IMG/VR virus record: IMGVR_UViG_3300042502_001233
Coordinates: 19,125-83,124 of that record
DNA length: 64,000 bases
Origin: a virus
Strand: one strand, 5' to 3'
Shown here: positions 36,084 through 45,297 of the stretch, in pieces
Position numbering within the stretch: position 1 is the first letter of the stretch
Layout of the letters: the number at the start of each line of letters is the position of its first letter
Program-made: the position numbers and the translations under genes
Notes under the pieces: model-generated
Told to the model about the DNA's origin: nothing
Database searches by the model: none
Seen by the model: only the letters and a program-made list of their open reading frames with translations

Positions 36084-36767
36084 TTATGAAAGAAGCTCTA
36101 TTTTACCTCTTAATATGTCTTTTAGACTAGCAGTCTTATTAGTGATATGGTCTACAACCATATCATCCTTTACACGATAAGTCCTTCTTTTATCGGCACG
36201 ACCACCTTCACCAATTTGTTCATTACGGTTTTCAATGGTTAATGAATCATGACCTGTTTTATAAAAGTTATTAACCCTTTGAGTTAATTCAGCAATCGCT
36301 GCTTCTTTATTTTGGTGTTGACTTCGACTATCACGTCTAACTTTAATCCCAGTTGCTATATGAGTTACAACAACACATGATTCAGTTTTATTCCTTTTTT
36401 GCCCACCGTTCCCAGTTCCTCTGGTTGTTTCCAAACGATATTCACTAGGATGTAATTCTACTTCCTTATAATCGTTTTCTTCCATAAGTGCTACGGTGAT
36501 TGAACTTGTATGAACCCTACCTTTTCTTTCGGTTGGTGGTACTCTTTGCCACCTATGTGAACCTACATGGTTTAAGAACACATTTTTAACATTATATCCA
36601 GATATTCAGATAGTTATCATACCATCTTTCTCATCAATAACTTTAGCTTCAAATGAATAATTTTTGCAAGCTTTTAAAAAAATATCTCGCATATCTTTAA
36701 TTAATAATTTTGAATCATCACCGCCTTCTGACGCTCTTAATTCTAATAAAATTTTATTTGTTTTCAT
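36084..36767 (-). CDS. truncated class-I release factor (RF1-like PxT motif PPT, GGQ, no domain 1) with one in-frame TGA
   Basis: MKTNKILLELRASEGGDDSKLLIKDMRDIF...DGMITI-TGA-ISGYNVKNVFLNHVGSHRWQRVPPTERKGRVHTSS...RGTGNGGQKRNKTES...SQHQNKEAA...RTYRVKDDMVVDHITNKTASL. It is collinear with RF1 domains 2-4. Confidence 0.6.
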
Positions 36768-37545
36768 TGTATTTTGGTCTATTTAAATTGCCTTCATATA
36801 TAACACCGTTTATTTCCCTTGTTGTTCCCCACATTGGTCTAAGATTCGATAAAGCGTTTACCACACTGGCTGGAGTTTCTGGTGGAAAACTAATAATTTG
36901 TTTTATATGGTCTATGTGCCATTCTCCATAATTATCCCATGTCATTCCGTCAGTAAATAAGTTTGTGATATGTTCTTTAAATTCTAAAGCTGAATAGCCT
37001 AACATATCTATGGTCTTACCAGTTTTTTTGTTATGTAAATCACGTAGCGAATTTTTTAATATTCGCCTCCAAGCTATTACGTGTGGGTTTTTTTGATTAT
37101 ATAATTTAGCGTTTTCTTTTATTTTTTCTTTATTATTTTTTCTATATTCTTTACCGTAAGCTGATTTTTTTTCACGATTATCTATTAAATATTGTTTGTC
37201 ATACGCTTTTTTCTTTTCTTTATTTAACGCAACGTATTCTTTATTTTTTTGTTTAACATATTCAATATTTTCTTTACGATATTCTTTTTGATAATTATTT
37301 CGTTTATCTTTATTTTCCAAACGGTGGTTAATAAAATACTCATTTAACTTTTCTTTATTCTTTTCCCTATACTTTGCATCGAGTAACTTCTTTTTTTGTA
37401 AAGAAACATCACTATGGATTTTCACATCAGGATATAACTCCCTTAACTGTTTAACCGTTAAATTGTGTGATTTTAAATGTTTGGTCGATAATGAAGATAA
37501 ATCTTTTCCACATACTGGACAAGTTACAAATGAAGATGGTTCCAT
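36754..37545 (-). CDS. HNH homing endonuclease with N-terminal Zn finger and basic repeat region
   Basis: CPVCGK...H..H; GEWHIDHIK...NLRPMW; overlaps the release-factor start by 14 nt. Confidence 0.75.
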   Translation of the reverse strand: MEPSSFVTCPVCGKDLSSLSTKHLKSHNLTVKQLRELYPDVKIHSDVSLQKKKLLDAKYREKNKEKLNEYFINHRLENKDKRNNYQKEYRKENIEYVKQKNKEYVALNKEKKKAYDKQYLIDNREKKSAYGKEYRKNNKEKIKENAKLYNQKNPHVIAWRRILKNSLRDLHNKKTGKTIDMLGYSALEFKEHITNLFTDGMTWDNYGEWHIDHIKQIISFPPETPASVVNALSNLRPMWGTTREINGVIYEGNLNRPKYNENK

Positions 37546-37934
37546 AATATTCTTTTATAATAAATATCACAAATAATTAAAAAAACCACAAATGGCAAAG
37601 AATTCCATTCGTTCTTAAAGATTTCTTTTGCGTTTTTACCCGTTAGTCAGATGCTAACAAATCCTAACCTATCTTCGGTTATTATTCAGTCGATGTTATT
37701 GTTCTTCGCTGTTTTAATGTAAATGTCGCGCATTTCACAAACCAACAGCTTCGCATCGGTTCCACCTTCTGCGTCTCGGATTTCTAAATTAATTTTTCCC
37801 ATTGGTTTTGTTTTTTGTTGTTTGTTATTAGTTTTAATAAAAAACCCCATATTGCTATGGGGTTTAGTATTTTACAGAATAGTTTTTGTTTTTTTTTCCT
37901 TAAAAATTTCAATTGCTGAATCTATTCTTCTAGT

Positions 37935-38020
37935 TGCGGAAGTAGGACTCGAACCTACAACACAGTGTTACTGCTCCTCTAGGTTATGAGCCTAGCATGT
38001 TTCCATTTCCACCATTCCGC
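37935..38020 (-). tRNA. tRNA-like gene, anticodon CAU, with a 20-nt hairpin variable arm (non-canonical)
   Basis: Anticodon stem CTAGG/CCTAG, loop CTCATAA, extra hairpin CAGT-AAC-ACTG. Confidence 0.4.
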
Positions 38021-38028
38021 GATGTATT

Positions 38029-38688
38029 TTATTTTCTACCCTTAACCCAACCTTCGTTCAGATAAGTTTCAAGGTTTTCTTTTTTTATCTTTTTGTTAGC
38101 ACCGTCTCTGGTTATCCAACACGTACCGTATTGACTATTTGTTTCACCAATACCAGTACCTTTTCTTTTTTCAGAGATTAAACGTTTAGATTCTTCAGCA
38201 TGATTTTTACCAGTCCAATCTAGATTTTTTAATTTATTCTGTCTGTATTCTTCATTTTCCCAAGCTATTTTATTAACATGAGAATTGAATCTACTTAACC
38301 AGTTTTCATCACCACCGAACTTTTCTTTTAAAACTTCGTCAGTTTTTTTTCTACCAGCTTTAACACATTTAAACATATGTTCTTCATTGATAAAACCACC
38401 ACCTTCACCACCAAGAGCCAAATTCATACATTTGGAATCTGAAATTAATTCTTTATTAACAATTTCTTTTTCTCTTTTAGCTAATTCTTCTCTATTTTCT
38501 AAAAATTCTAGAATCTCTTTTGTGTGATTTTCTTTACCGTATTTTCTAATAGAACGTCTTAATGTTTTACCACTACCTATATAACCATCTTCTAAGTTAT
38601 ACGTGCTATGCATTCCGATGTACCATCGTCCTGTTATATTACACGTTGTTTTATAAATGTAGTGTATGTTTTTTTCTTTTCTTGCCAT
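38029..38688 (-). CDS. GIY-YIG homing endonuclease (paralog of 17093..17725)
   Basis: IHYIYKTTCNITGRWYIGMHS...GYIGSG. Confidence 0.8.
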   Translation of the reverse strand: MARKEKNIHYIYKTTCNITGRWYIGMHSTYNLEDGYIGSGKTLRRSIRKYGKENHTKEILEFLENREELAKREKEIVNKELISDSKCMNLALGGEGGGFINEEHMFKCVKAGRKKTDEVLKEKFGGDENWLSRFNSHVNKIAWENEEYRQNKLKNLDWTGKNHAEESKRLISEKRKGTGIGETNSQYGTCWITRDGANKKIKKENLETYLNEGWVKGRK

Positions 38689-38746
38689 TTCAATTTCTTT
38701 AATAATAAATATCTCAGAAAACTGAAAAGTACAAAAAAGTCTCCAG

Positions 38747-38819
38747 TTGCGGGGGCACGACTCGAACGTGCGACCTCAAGGTTATGAGCCTTGCGAGCTA
38801 CCTACTGCTCTACCCCGCG
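38747..38819 (-). tRNA. initiator tRNA-fMet(CAU)
   Basis: CGCGGGGTAGAGCAGTAGGTAGCTCG...CTCATAA...; the C1.A72 mismatch is the bacterial initiator hallmark. Confidence 0.75.
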
Positions 38820-38823
38820 ATGT

Positions 38824-39234
38824 TAGTGCGGTAGGCTGGAGTGACCCAGCTATCTTAGTGAATGCTGTGAAGCAATCGTTCAGATAAAAACTTAATTTCT
38901 ACCGCGTGTGGCCAGAATCTCTGTTTTGCTTGTTTTTTCTCAAATGTAAAATTGCTTTTTTATTTGCTGAAAAGATTCTTTAACCATATAATGTATCTCA
39001 AGATGATAGTTCGCCTTGTTTTACGTTACTAACGTGCTCACGGCAGTGGATTTAAAGTGCCCTCACAACACTTCCAGTTTTATTCACTTTCGTGTGACTT
39101 TAAGAACTCATGATATTTCAATGTGGTTATTAAAATCTATGGGAGACCAGTTACTCCCTCTCTTAAATTTGTAGTTTTCTGTTTGCAGAAATCATCTTTC
39201 TAGATATAATGTCTATGAACGTATTGTAATAAAT
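38824..39234 (-). other. about 410-nt noncoding, hairpin-rich leader between a class-1 promoter and tRNA-fMet
   Basis: No ORF above 30 codons; contains nested stems GCGGTAG...CTACCGC and GCTGG-agtgac-CCAGC. Confidence 0.3.
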
Positions 39235-39280
39235 ATATGCAAAGATACTAATATTTCACTCTCATGTCAAGTTTTTTTTT
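39235..39280 (-). promoter_or_regulatory. class-1 promoter (TTGACA-N17-TAGTATCTTTG)
   Basis: Plus-strand atatgcaaagatactaatatttcactctcatgtcaagttttttttt. Confidence 0.5.
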
Positions 39281-39312
39281 AACTTTTTTAAATTTTTTTT
39301 ATAAACCCTTGA

Positions 39313-39522
39313 TTATGAGGGTAATTTGTCACCAAATTGTTCTACAATTAGATACGTACCTTGTTTATTATCTGTAGAATGTACCACGTTAAGAACTCTA
39401 TAATAAACATTTATATGCCAAACGTATTCATCGCGTCTTGGTATTGATGATAATTTTATGTTGGATTTTATAATATTCCATTTACTATCTAACAGACTTA
39501 CTGTATATTTTTTACTAAACAT
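39313..39522 (-). CDS. hypothetical protein
   Basis: 69 aa. Confidence 0.3.
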   Translation of the reverse strand: MFSKKYTVSLLDSKWNIIKSNIKLSSIPRRDEYVWHINVYYRVLNVVHSTDNKQGTYLIVEQFGDKLPS

Positions 39523-39724
39523 ATTAATAATTTATTTTTATTGATATTTATATTTGTTATAACACTTTAAATAATTCTACAAAATCATGAAAAACAAAGG
39601 ATGCGGTTGCAAACCACCTAAAAGATAATCAAATTATCTTAAAAAATTAAACCCCACGTAAAGCGATTTACAGTGGGGTTTTTATTTCTCACTCATTGGT
39701 TTATTTTGAGCAGAATCATTACTG

Positions 39725-40103
39725 ATGGTGGAGTTATGGGGAATCGAACCCCAGTGTTGCATATTCTTCAAAAGCTTTCTACATGTTTATCTAGTTTCTA
39801 ATTCTAGCAAAGTTGTGCTGCGTTATTTATCCCGATGGAAGTGCAGCGACCATCGTTCCTTTTTTTACAACTAGGAAGTTGGTTCTTGGTGATTTATCAC
39901 CATCAAGTGGAATTACCACTATTAGCTATAATTAGGCTACAGCTACCTCTCCTGCGAAACTGAATGCAGCTTCGTTAAGGAAATTTTCAGAAACGATGAA
40001 ATCGTTGTCAATTCAATTTTTTAATAGACAGATTAAAGTGCTTCCAATCTAGCACTACATGCTTACGATTTACGACTATATCCAGTCAATACCGTTTAAC
40101 CCC
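39725..40103 (-). ncRNA. ssrA: tmRNA-like RNA (ssrA candidate), about 379 nt
   Basis: The 5' end GGGGTTAAACGGTATTGACTGG pairs with the 3' end (GGGGTTA / TAACTCC, one G.U). The 3' end has T-arm TGGGG-TTCGATT-CCCCA, acceptor strand and an encoded CCA. There is an internal candidate tag ORF ...GCAGGAGAGGTAGCTGTAGCCTAA (AGEVAVA*). A class-1 promoter lies about 50 nt upstream. Confidence 0.5.
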
Positions 40104-40147
40104 AATAATTTAAAGAACTTATGTATATAAATATACGTATTTTTTAT

Positions 40148-40200
40148 TTTTTACAAATATACTACATATTTTATCAAAATGCAAGTTTATTTTAAAATAT
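40148..40200 (-). promoter_or_regulatory. class-1 promoter upstream of the tmRNA-like gene
   Basis: ttacaaatatactacatattttatcaaaatgcaagtttatttt. Confidence 0.45.
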
Positions 40201-40201
40201 T

Positions 40202-40513
40202 TTATTTTTCTTTTTCTTGAAACGAAGATGGTAATATGTACTTGTTAAGTTTTAAATACTTGGTAAGTATAAAGAATATCGTACCACCAGGCAACAATGC
40301 AATACCAACCAACCCCGTAGTCTTCAACACATCTTTCAGTTGCTCACCAACCTTGTTCTTTTCCTCTTGAGTCAATTTTTTACCTTCTTTGACCGAGTCA
40401 ACAATCAACATGAAAGCCTCTTTGGTTTCGAGGCTTTCTTGTTCAGTGTTTTTTATAAAGTCTTTGGCGTTAACCTTAAGTTCTTTATAATATTTTTGAA
40501 TGGTTGAAAACAT
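40202..40513 (-). CDS. small membrane-anchored protein
   Basis: C-terminal TM helix GLVGIALLPGGTIFFIL. Confidence 0.4.
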   Translation of the reverse strand: MFSTIQKYYKELKVNAKDFIKNTEQESLETKEAFMLIVDSVKEGKKLTQEEKNKVGEQLKDVLKTTGLVGIALLPGGTIFFILTKYLKLNKYILPSSFQEKEK

Positions 40514-41232
40514 TATTTCTTTCTGTTTATGATTATATCATCAACAATACCGTAAGCTTTAGCTTCTTCTGCATTTAACCATAAATCTCTGTCAGCATCT
40601 ATTTTAACTTGTGCTGGGTCTTTGTCAGTATATTGACCTAACAAACCAAACAAAAGTTCGTTGTATTTCCTAGCTTCTGCCAATGAGATTTCAATGTCTT
40701 GAATAGTACCTTGTGCACCACTTGATACTTGGTGTAACATTACTCGACTGAAATTCAATGTAAATCTCTTGCCTTTGGTTCCAGCACCCAAAAGGATACT
40801 ACCCATACTAGCAGCCATACCAGTGTTGATTGTGATGATATCGGACTTAACGTAGTTCATAATGTCTACGATTGACAAACCTGATTTAACGGAACCACCT
40901 GGACTGTCTACGTGCAAGGTGATGTCTTTCAATTCTAAATTGTCCAAGAACAATAACTGTGCTTGTACTACAGTGCTCATTCTATCGTTAACTGGACCAG
41001 CCAACCAAATGATTCTATCCATCATCATTCTGGAAAAGATATCCATTTGAGTTACCCTCAATTCTCTTTCTTCAAGGATATATGGTGTCAAAGATGCTGA
41101 CGGACCAGTTGTAATCAAAGGAGCTTGCGCACCATAGATTTTTTCTTGAAGTTGTTCCCAATTGTGGAAATCTATCCCAGATATCCCCATATGCTTAATA
41201 GCATAGTCTTTAAATTCTTGCGTGTAATTCAT
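40513..41232 (-). CDS. clpP: ATP-dependent Clp protease proteolytic subunit
   Basis: Ser-His-Asp region GMAASMGS...MLHQ; ClpP-length 239 aa. Confidence 0.9.
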   Translation of the reverse strand: MNYTQEFKDYAIKHMGISGIDFHNWEQLQEKIYGAQAPLITTGPSASLTPYILEERELRVTQMDIFSRMMMDRIIWLAGPVNDRMSTVVQAQLLFLDNLELKDITLHVDSPGGSVKSGLSIVDIMNYVKSDIITINTGMAASMGSILLGAGTKGKRFTLNFSRVMLHQVSSGAQGTIQDIEISLAEARKYNELLFGLLGQYTDKDPAQVKIDADRDLWLNAEEAKAYGIVDDIIINRKK

Positions 41233-41249
41233 ATTTTTGTTTTGTTATT

Positions 41250-41672
41250 TTATTCTGTTTCTTCTATAAACAAATGCAACGGTGTGTAATCTCCAACAAA
41301 TGCTCCAGCCACATTATAACCGAAATACTCCAAAGCCATCATATAAGCAGCGTCATCTCGTGTCATACCATCTTCAACATCGTCGTCAGATACTTCCATG
41401 TCGTTCATTAATATTTTAATCGCTTTTTCAACATCGTAAGCTACTAGACCTTCAAAACTTGGTCTATCCCAATTATCTATTGAGTCAAATTCATCATATT
41501 CTTCAAAACCCTCATAAAAGTTTGGGTCTAATTTAATATTTACAATACCGTTAGAATTATAGATAACTAGGGGACCAAAATCTTCTTTTTTGGCCAAACC
41601 TATGATTGCCTCATCTAAACCATCCCACACAATAGCGTTTGGACTTAATAAAGCTATTTCATCCCTAGTCAT
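41250..41672 (-). CDS. acidic hypothetical protein
   Basis: 140 aa. Confidence 0.4.
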   Translation of the reverse strand: MTRDEIALLSPNAIVWDGLDEAIIGLAKKEDFGPLVIYNSNGIVNIKLDPNFYEGFEEYDEFDSIDNWDRPSFEGLVAYDVEKAIKILMNDMEVSDDDVEDGMTRDDAAYMMALEYFGYNVAGAFVGDYTPLHLFIEETE

Positions 41673-42106
41673 TATTTTATTATAGCTTCTGTTTCATCTT
41701 CTTGTTGCTTCTCAGCTTGTTGAAGAGTTATGATTGACTCTCTCATCACATTCCATTTATCGAAACCGTATTTAGCCAAGACACCACTGTATGTGATTAC
41801 ATCTGGGTTAGTCATTTCTAATTTGTCTTTTTCGGTGTTGTAATGGATACCAGCCAAGGATTCTTCCATTACGATTTGAATTTGGTCTGGTTGTAATTGG
41901 TCCAAAATAGTTTGGTTGATGATAATGTTTACATCATCACCCGTTTTGAACTTTTCAAGTTCTGTACATTTTTTAACAACAAAGATTTTCTTTTGTTTGT
42001 TGTCAGATAAGATTGTGATGTTTAAGTAGTTTGATAACCCAGCTCTATCGATTAATTGGTTATACAAATCTAGTGTGTCGTCATACGGAGCTTCGTATTT
42101 TGCCAT
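41672..42106 (-). CDS. hypothetical protein
   Basis: 144 aa. Confidence 0.4.
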   Translation of the reverse strand: MAKYEAPYDDTLDLYNQLIDRAGLSNYLNITILSDNKQKKIFVVKKCTELEKFKTGDDVNIIINQTILDQLQPDQIQIVMEESLAGIHYNTEKDKLEMTNPDVITYSGVLAKYGFDKWNVMRESIITLQQAEKQQEDETEAIIK

Positions 42107-42138
42107 TCGTTTAATGTTTTTATTTTTGTTATGTTATT

Positions 42139-42180
42139 TTTACAAATATACTAATATTATCCTTTATTTGCAAGTTTTTC
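42139..42180 (-). promoter_or_regulatory. class-1 promoter
   Basis: tacaaatatactaatattatcctttatttgcaagttttt. Confidence 0.45.
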
Positions 42181-43176
42181 TTTAAGATTTATCACAGCTT
42201 CTTTAGCTTCATCATCCAAAACTTTAGGTATTTCAATACCTAACGTAACTATAAGGTCACCTCTACCATCTTTACCGTATACACTAACACCTTTAAACGG
42301 AACTCTAAGGTTAGTACCAACGTCGCTATACTCTGGAACACTCATTCTTATTTTGTTACCTTCAATTGTGTCTATTTCTACTTTGTCACCCAAAACCAAT
42401 TGTGGATAAGATAGTTTAAGATTCATCTTTAAATCAGGACCTATTCTAGTAAAGACTTTATGTGGTAACTCAATAATTTTTATGTGTAAATCACCATTGT
42501 TTCCTGATTTAACACCTTGACCTTTACCCTCCATTACAAATGTCATCCCATTTTGAATACCAGCTGGAACTGTAACTTGTACAGTTTCTTTTATGTTTGT
42601 TAACCCACTACCACTACATGTGTTACAAGGAGTTCTATGTTTGGTCCCAGTAGCGTCACATGAAGGGCAAGGTTGTGTTGTTTGAAAAACACCCATTGGA
42701 GTTCTGGTAAGACTTGTTACCATACCGCTACCATTACAAGATGGACAATCATATGGGTCAGTACCACCGTGACCTTCGCAGTCTGTACAACTAACATTTC
42801 TGTTGTAGTTATAGGTTTTATTCACCCCAGAGAATATTTCTTCAAGGGTTAATTTAACAGTTAAGCTAAGAGTTTCACCAACCCTAACTTGTTTATGACC
42901 TTGGTTGAAATGACGACCAAAGATATCATGAAAACCTCTAAACATATCATCTGGGTTGCCTCTGTTATCTGAATTGTGTCCAAATCTGTCATATTTTGCT
43001 TTTTTATCATCATCGGACAAAACTTCATAAGCTTCAGACACTTCTTTGAACTTATCTTCATCACCACCCTTATCTGGGTGTAACTCTTTGGCTAGCTTTC
43101 TATAAGCTTTCTTGATTTCATCTTGTGAAGCGCCTTTGGCTAACCCTAAAACCTCATAATAATCTCTTTTACTCAT
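42157..43176 (-). CDS. dnaJ: DnaJ (Hsp40) co-chaperone
   Basis: J-domain with HPD ([10 protein letters not shown]), four CxxCxGxG zinc-finger repeats. Confidence 0.9.
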   Translation of the reverse strand: MSKRDYYEVLGLAKGASQDEIKKAYRKLAKELHPDKGGDEDKFKEVSEAYEVLSDDDKKAKYDRFGHNSDNRGNPDDMFRGFHDIFGRHFNQGHKQVRVGETLSLTVKLTLEEIFSGVNKTYNYNRNVSCTDCEGHGGTDPYDCPSCNGSGMVTSLTRTPMGVFQTTQPCPSCDATGTKHRTPCNTCSGSGLTNIKETVQVTVPAGIQNGMTFVMEGKGQGVKSGNNGDLHIKIIELPHKVFTRIGPDLKMNLKLSYPQLVLGDKVEIDTIEGNKIRMSVPEYSDVGTNLRVPFKGVSVYGKDGRGDLIVTLGIEIPKVLDDEAKEAVINLKEKLANKG

Positions 43177-43234
43177 GTGTAATCTTTATTTTTATGCAAA
43201 TATACTTAAATTTATAATATAAAACAAATAATTT

Positions 43235-43888
43235 ATGAAATACCGCGTAATTTTAACATCCAATGGTGAATACAAGAAAACTCTACATATAAGTAAGACC
43301 AGAGAAACAGCCTTTAAGAACTTTCACAAGATAAAAGATGAAAACAAAGTGTATTTTCCTAAAAAATTCATAAATAGCCATGGTATTAGACCAGTTAAAT
43401 ATGAAATATGTATCACTAAACCAACTGAAGAAGGTGATGTGTTTAGAACGCGTAGAGATGACTATGGAAAATTGTATACTGAACCACCATTGGGTGATTG
43501 GACTATTCTACATTCTGATAATTTTGAAATAGAAGAAACATTTTACATATATGGTTACGAAGAAAAAGAAAGACCTACTATTACTGAAATAGTTAAACGT
43601 CTTATGGTTAACGCTCACTCGAAAAAGATTGTGAAACAAGTTATCGTGGTTTATAATAAGTTAATCATATACAATGAAGAACAATTTGATTTGGTTTTGT
43701 GTAAAAACCTAGAAGAAGCTCAAAGATTGCACCATACACTAGCCAAAATAGTAAAAAAGCAAAAGATTAAAAGTTTATTGTTTATGGGCACCGCTTCAAA
43801 AGCGAATATAGGGCGTTTATACGATTTAATTCACGATGAAACAGGTTGGTCGTACAGAAAGATAAGAAGAACCAGTACAAAACCTTAA
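43235..43888 (+). CDS. hypothetical protein (plus strand)
   Basis: 217 aa, located in an inter-operon gap. Confidence 0.45.
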   Translation: MKYRVILTSNGEYKKTLHISKTRETAFKNFHKIKDENKVYFPKKFINSHGIRPVKYEICITKPTEEGDVFRTRRDDYGKLYTEPPLGDWTILHSDNFEIEETFYIYGYEEKERPTITEIVKRLMVNAHSKKIVKQVIVVYNKLIIYNEEQFDLVLCKNLEEAQRLHHTLAKIVKKQKIKSLLFMGTASKANIGRLYDLIHDETGWSYRKIRRTSTKP

Positions 43889-44514
43889 AAAAGTAAAATA
43901 CAACTAGTTGGTCTAATGGTTAGTTTTATATCCATCAATTCATCTGATGAGTAATCTAACTCACCAAAATCTATTCGACTAACAAAACCTCTGATAACCC
44001 ATTCTTCAACCAAGTCACCAACTGGACCCAATAATTGTATTCTATATTCAAATTCTCTATTGGTGTAAGAACTACCAACTCTCAAAAATAGTTCGTGCAT
44101 TCTTTCAGCCATTGATGGTCCGATTGGGTCTCTAAAAATTATTTCGATATCTTCCCATTCCACTCTACCATTATTAAACGTAACACTAGGCCTAACAGTT
44201 GTTTTTACAACTTGATGAGGAATTTCAAATTCGTCTGGGAATAACAACATAAATCTATTAGGTCTTTTAGGTTCATAAAAACTAGCTAGGTTAGGTTTGC
44301 TCCAAAATTTATCTAGGTTTTCTAAATCATCAATTTTGTTTGAAATCCATTGTTTAACTACTTGTTCAGAAATAGATAATTCTACAGAAAAAATAAGTGT
44401 AATCTCTTCTGCAATATGTCTACCATAATCTTTACCACCAAAATGAGTGTGAACTATGTTTGAATCACCCAACACATAGTTCATATCCATATAATCAAAC
44501 AATCTTTTTTCCAT
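43885..44514 (-). CDS. hypothetical protein
   Basis: 209 aa. Confidence 0.45.
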   Translation of the reverse strand: MEKRLFDYMDMNYVLGDSNIVHTHFGGKDYGRHIAEEITLIFSVELSISEQVVKQWISNKIDDLENLDKFWSKPNLASFYEPKRPNRFMLLFPDEFEIPHQVVKTTVRPSVTFNNGRVEWEDIEIIFRDPIGPSMAERMHELFLRVGSSYTNREFEYRIQLLGPVGDLVEEWVIRGFVSRIDFGELDYSSDELMDIKLTIRPTSCILLF

Positions 44515-44768
44515 TATTTAAACAAACCTTCAAGTTTTCCAACTAGTACCGAAATCCTAGCATCATTTTTTCTTATTTGTTCTTCTAAGTGTGGTGGTAT
44601 GTTACCAGCAAATTCAGATTTTATTTTAGAGTTTTGTCTTTGAAGCGCATCGCTTTCTCTAAGACATTCTTCATATATCGCAGCTTTTTGGTCGTTATTC
44701 ATTTTTATCACATTTACAGTTACCACCGCATTCGCATGGTTTATTTTCAGTTTCTTCGTCTTCAACAT
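44514..44768 (-). CDS. hypothetical protein
   Basis: 84 aa. Confidence 0.35.
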   Translation of the reverse strand: MLKTKKLKINHANAVVTVNVIKMNNDQKAAIYEECLRESDALQRQNSKIKSEFAGNIPPHLEEQIRKNDARISVLVGKLEGLFK

Positions 44769-45033
44769 CGATATCAGTATCTATTGAAAATTGTTCTTTT
44801 ATATCTTCAACCATTTGGTTAATTTTTGCCATATCAGCCTCAGCTATGATTGATGGGTTGATACATTCTACTCTTTCTTCACCTTTGGTAGGAATAAAGA
44901 ATGCCATAGCGTTAGAATTTTTTTCAGCTAACATATGATTTACAGATTCAGCAAAAGGTTGAATAATTTCTTTGATTTTCATCATTTCAGCATCCAAGTA
45001 AAATACAAGGATAAGTGGATATTGGTTTTCCAT
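44695..45033 (-). CDS. hypothetical protein with C-terminal Cys motif (CECGGNCKC)
   Basis: 112 aa. Confidence 0.35.
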   Translation of the reverse strand: MENQYPLILVFYLDAEMMKIKEIIQPFAESVNHMLAEKNSNAMAFFIPTKGEERVECINPSIIAEADMAKINQMVEDIKEQFSIDTDIDVEDEETENKPCECGGNCKCDKNE

Positions 45034-45036
45034 AGT

Positions 45037-45297
45037 TTATTGTTTATAATTTGTTATTTCTTCAACATAATTTGATATATCGTCACTGTTTGGGATAGTT
45101 TTGAAATGTGTTACTAAATATTCTGTAACTACCAAGGATTTCTCGGTTTGACCTAAAACTTCTCTACATGCGATGTTTTTACCATCAATGTTTATATATA
45201 TTAAGTATTCGCTAATATAGTTTTTTCCTTTTTTTCTACTGTAAAATCTATCAATTTCTTTTACTATTATTTTTGTCATAAAATTTATTTTAAACAA
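45037..45297 (-). CDS. hypothetical protein
   Basis: 86 aa. Confidence 0.35.
   Translation of the reverse strand: MFKINFMTKIIVKEIDRFYSRKKGKNYISEYLIYINIDGKNIACREVLGQTEKSLVVTEYLVTHFKTIPNSDDISNYVEEITNYKQ

Noticed and set aside
36600-36612. prfB-style programmed +1 frameshift at the in-frame TGA of the release-factor gene
   Set aside because: The downstream reading frame is the same frame (0), not +1. No CUU-UGA-C slippery context or upstream SD-like element is visible. Read-through or recoding, or a sequencing error, fits better.
38824-39234. RNase P RNA, 6S RNA or tmRNA in the leader upstream of tRNA-fMet
   Set aside because: I could not find the conserved RNase P P4 or GGAAAGTCCGG-type elements, a 6S central bubble, or a tRNA-like 3' end. 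Left as an unclassified structured leader.
39725-40103. Ordinary tRNA at the T-arm/CCA end near 39725
   Set aside because: No matching 5' acceptor strand or D-arm lies within 80 nt upstream. The complementary GGGGTTA 5' strand lies about 370 nt away, which fits tmRNA rather than a tRNA.
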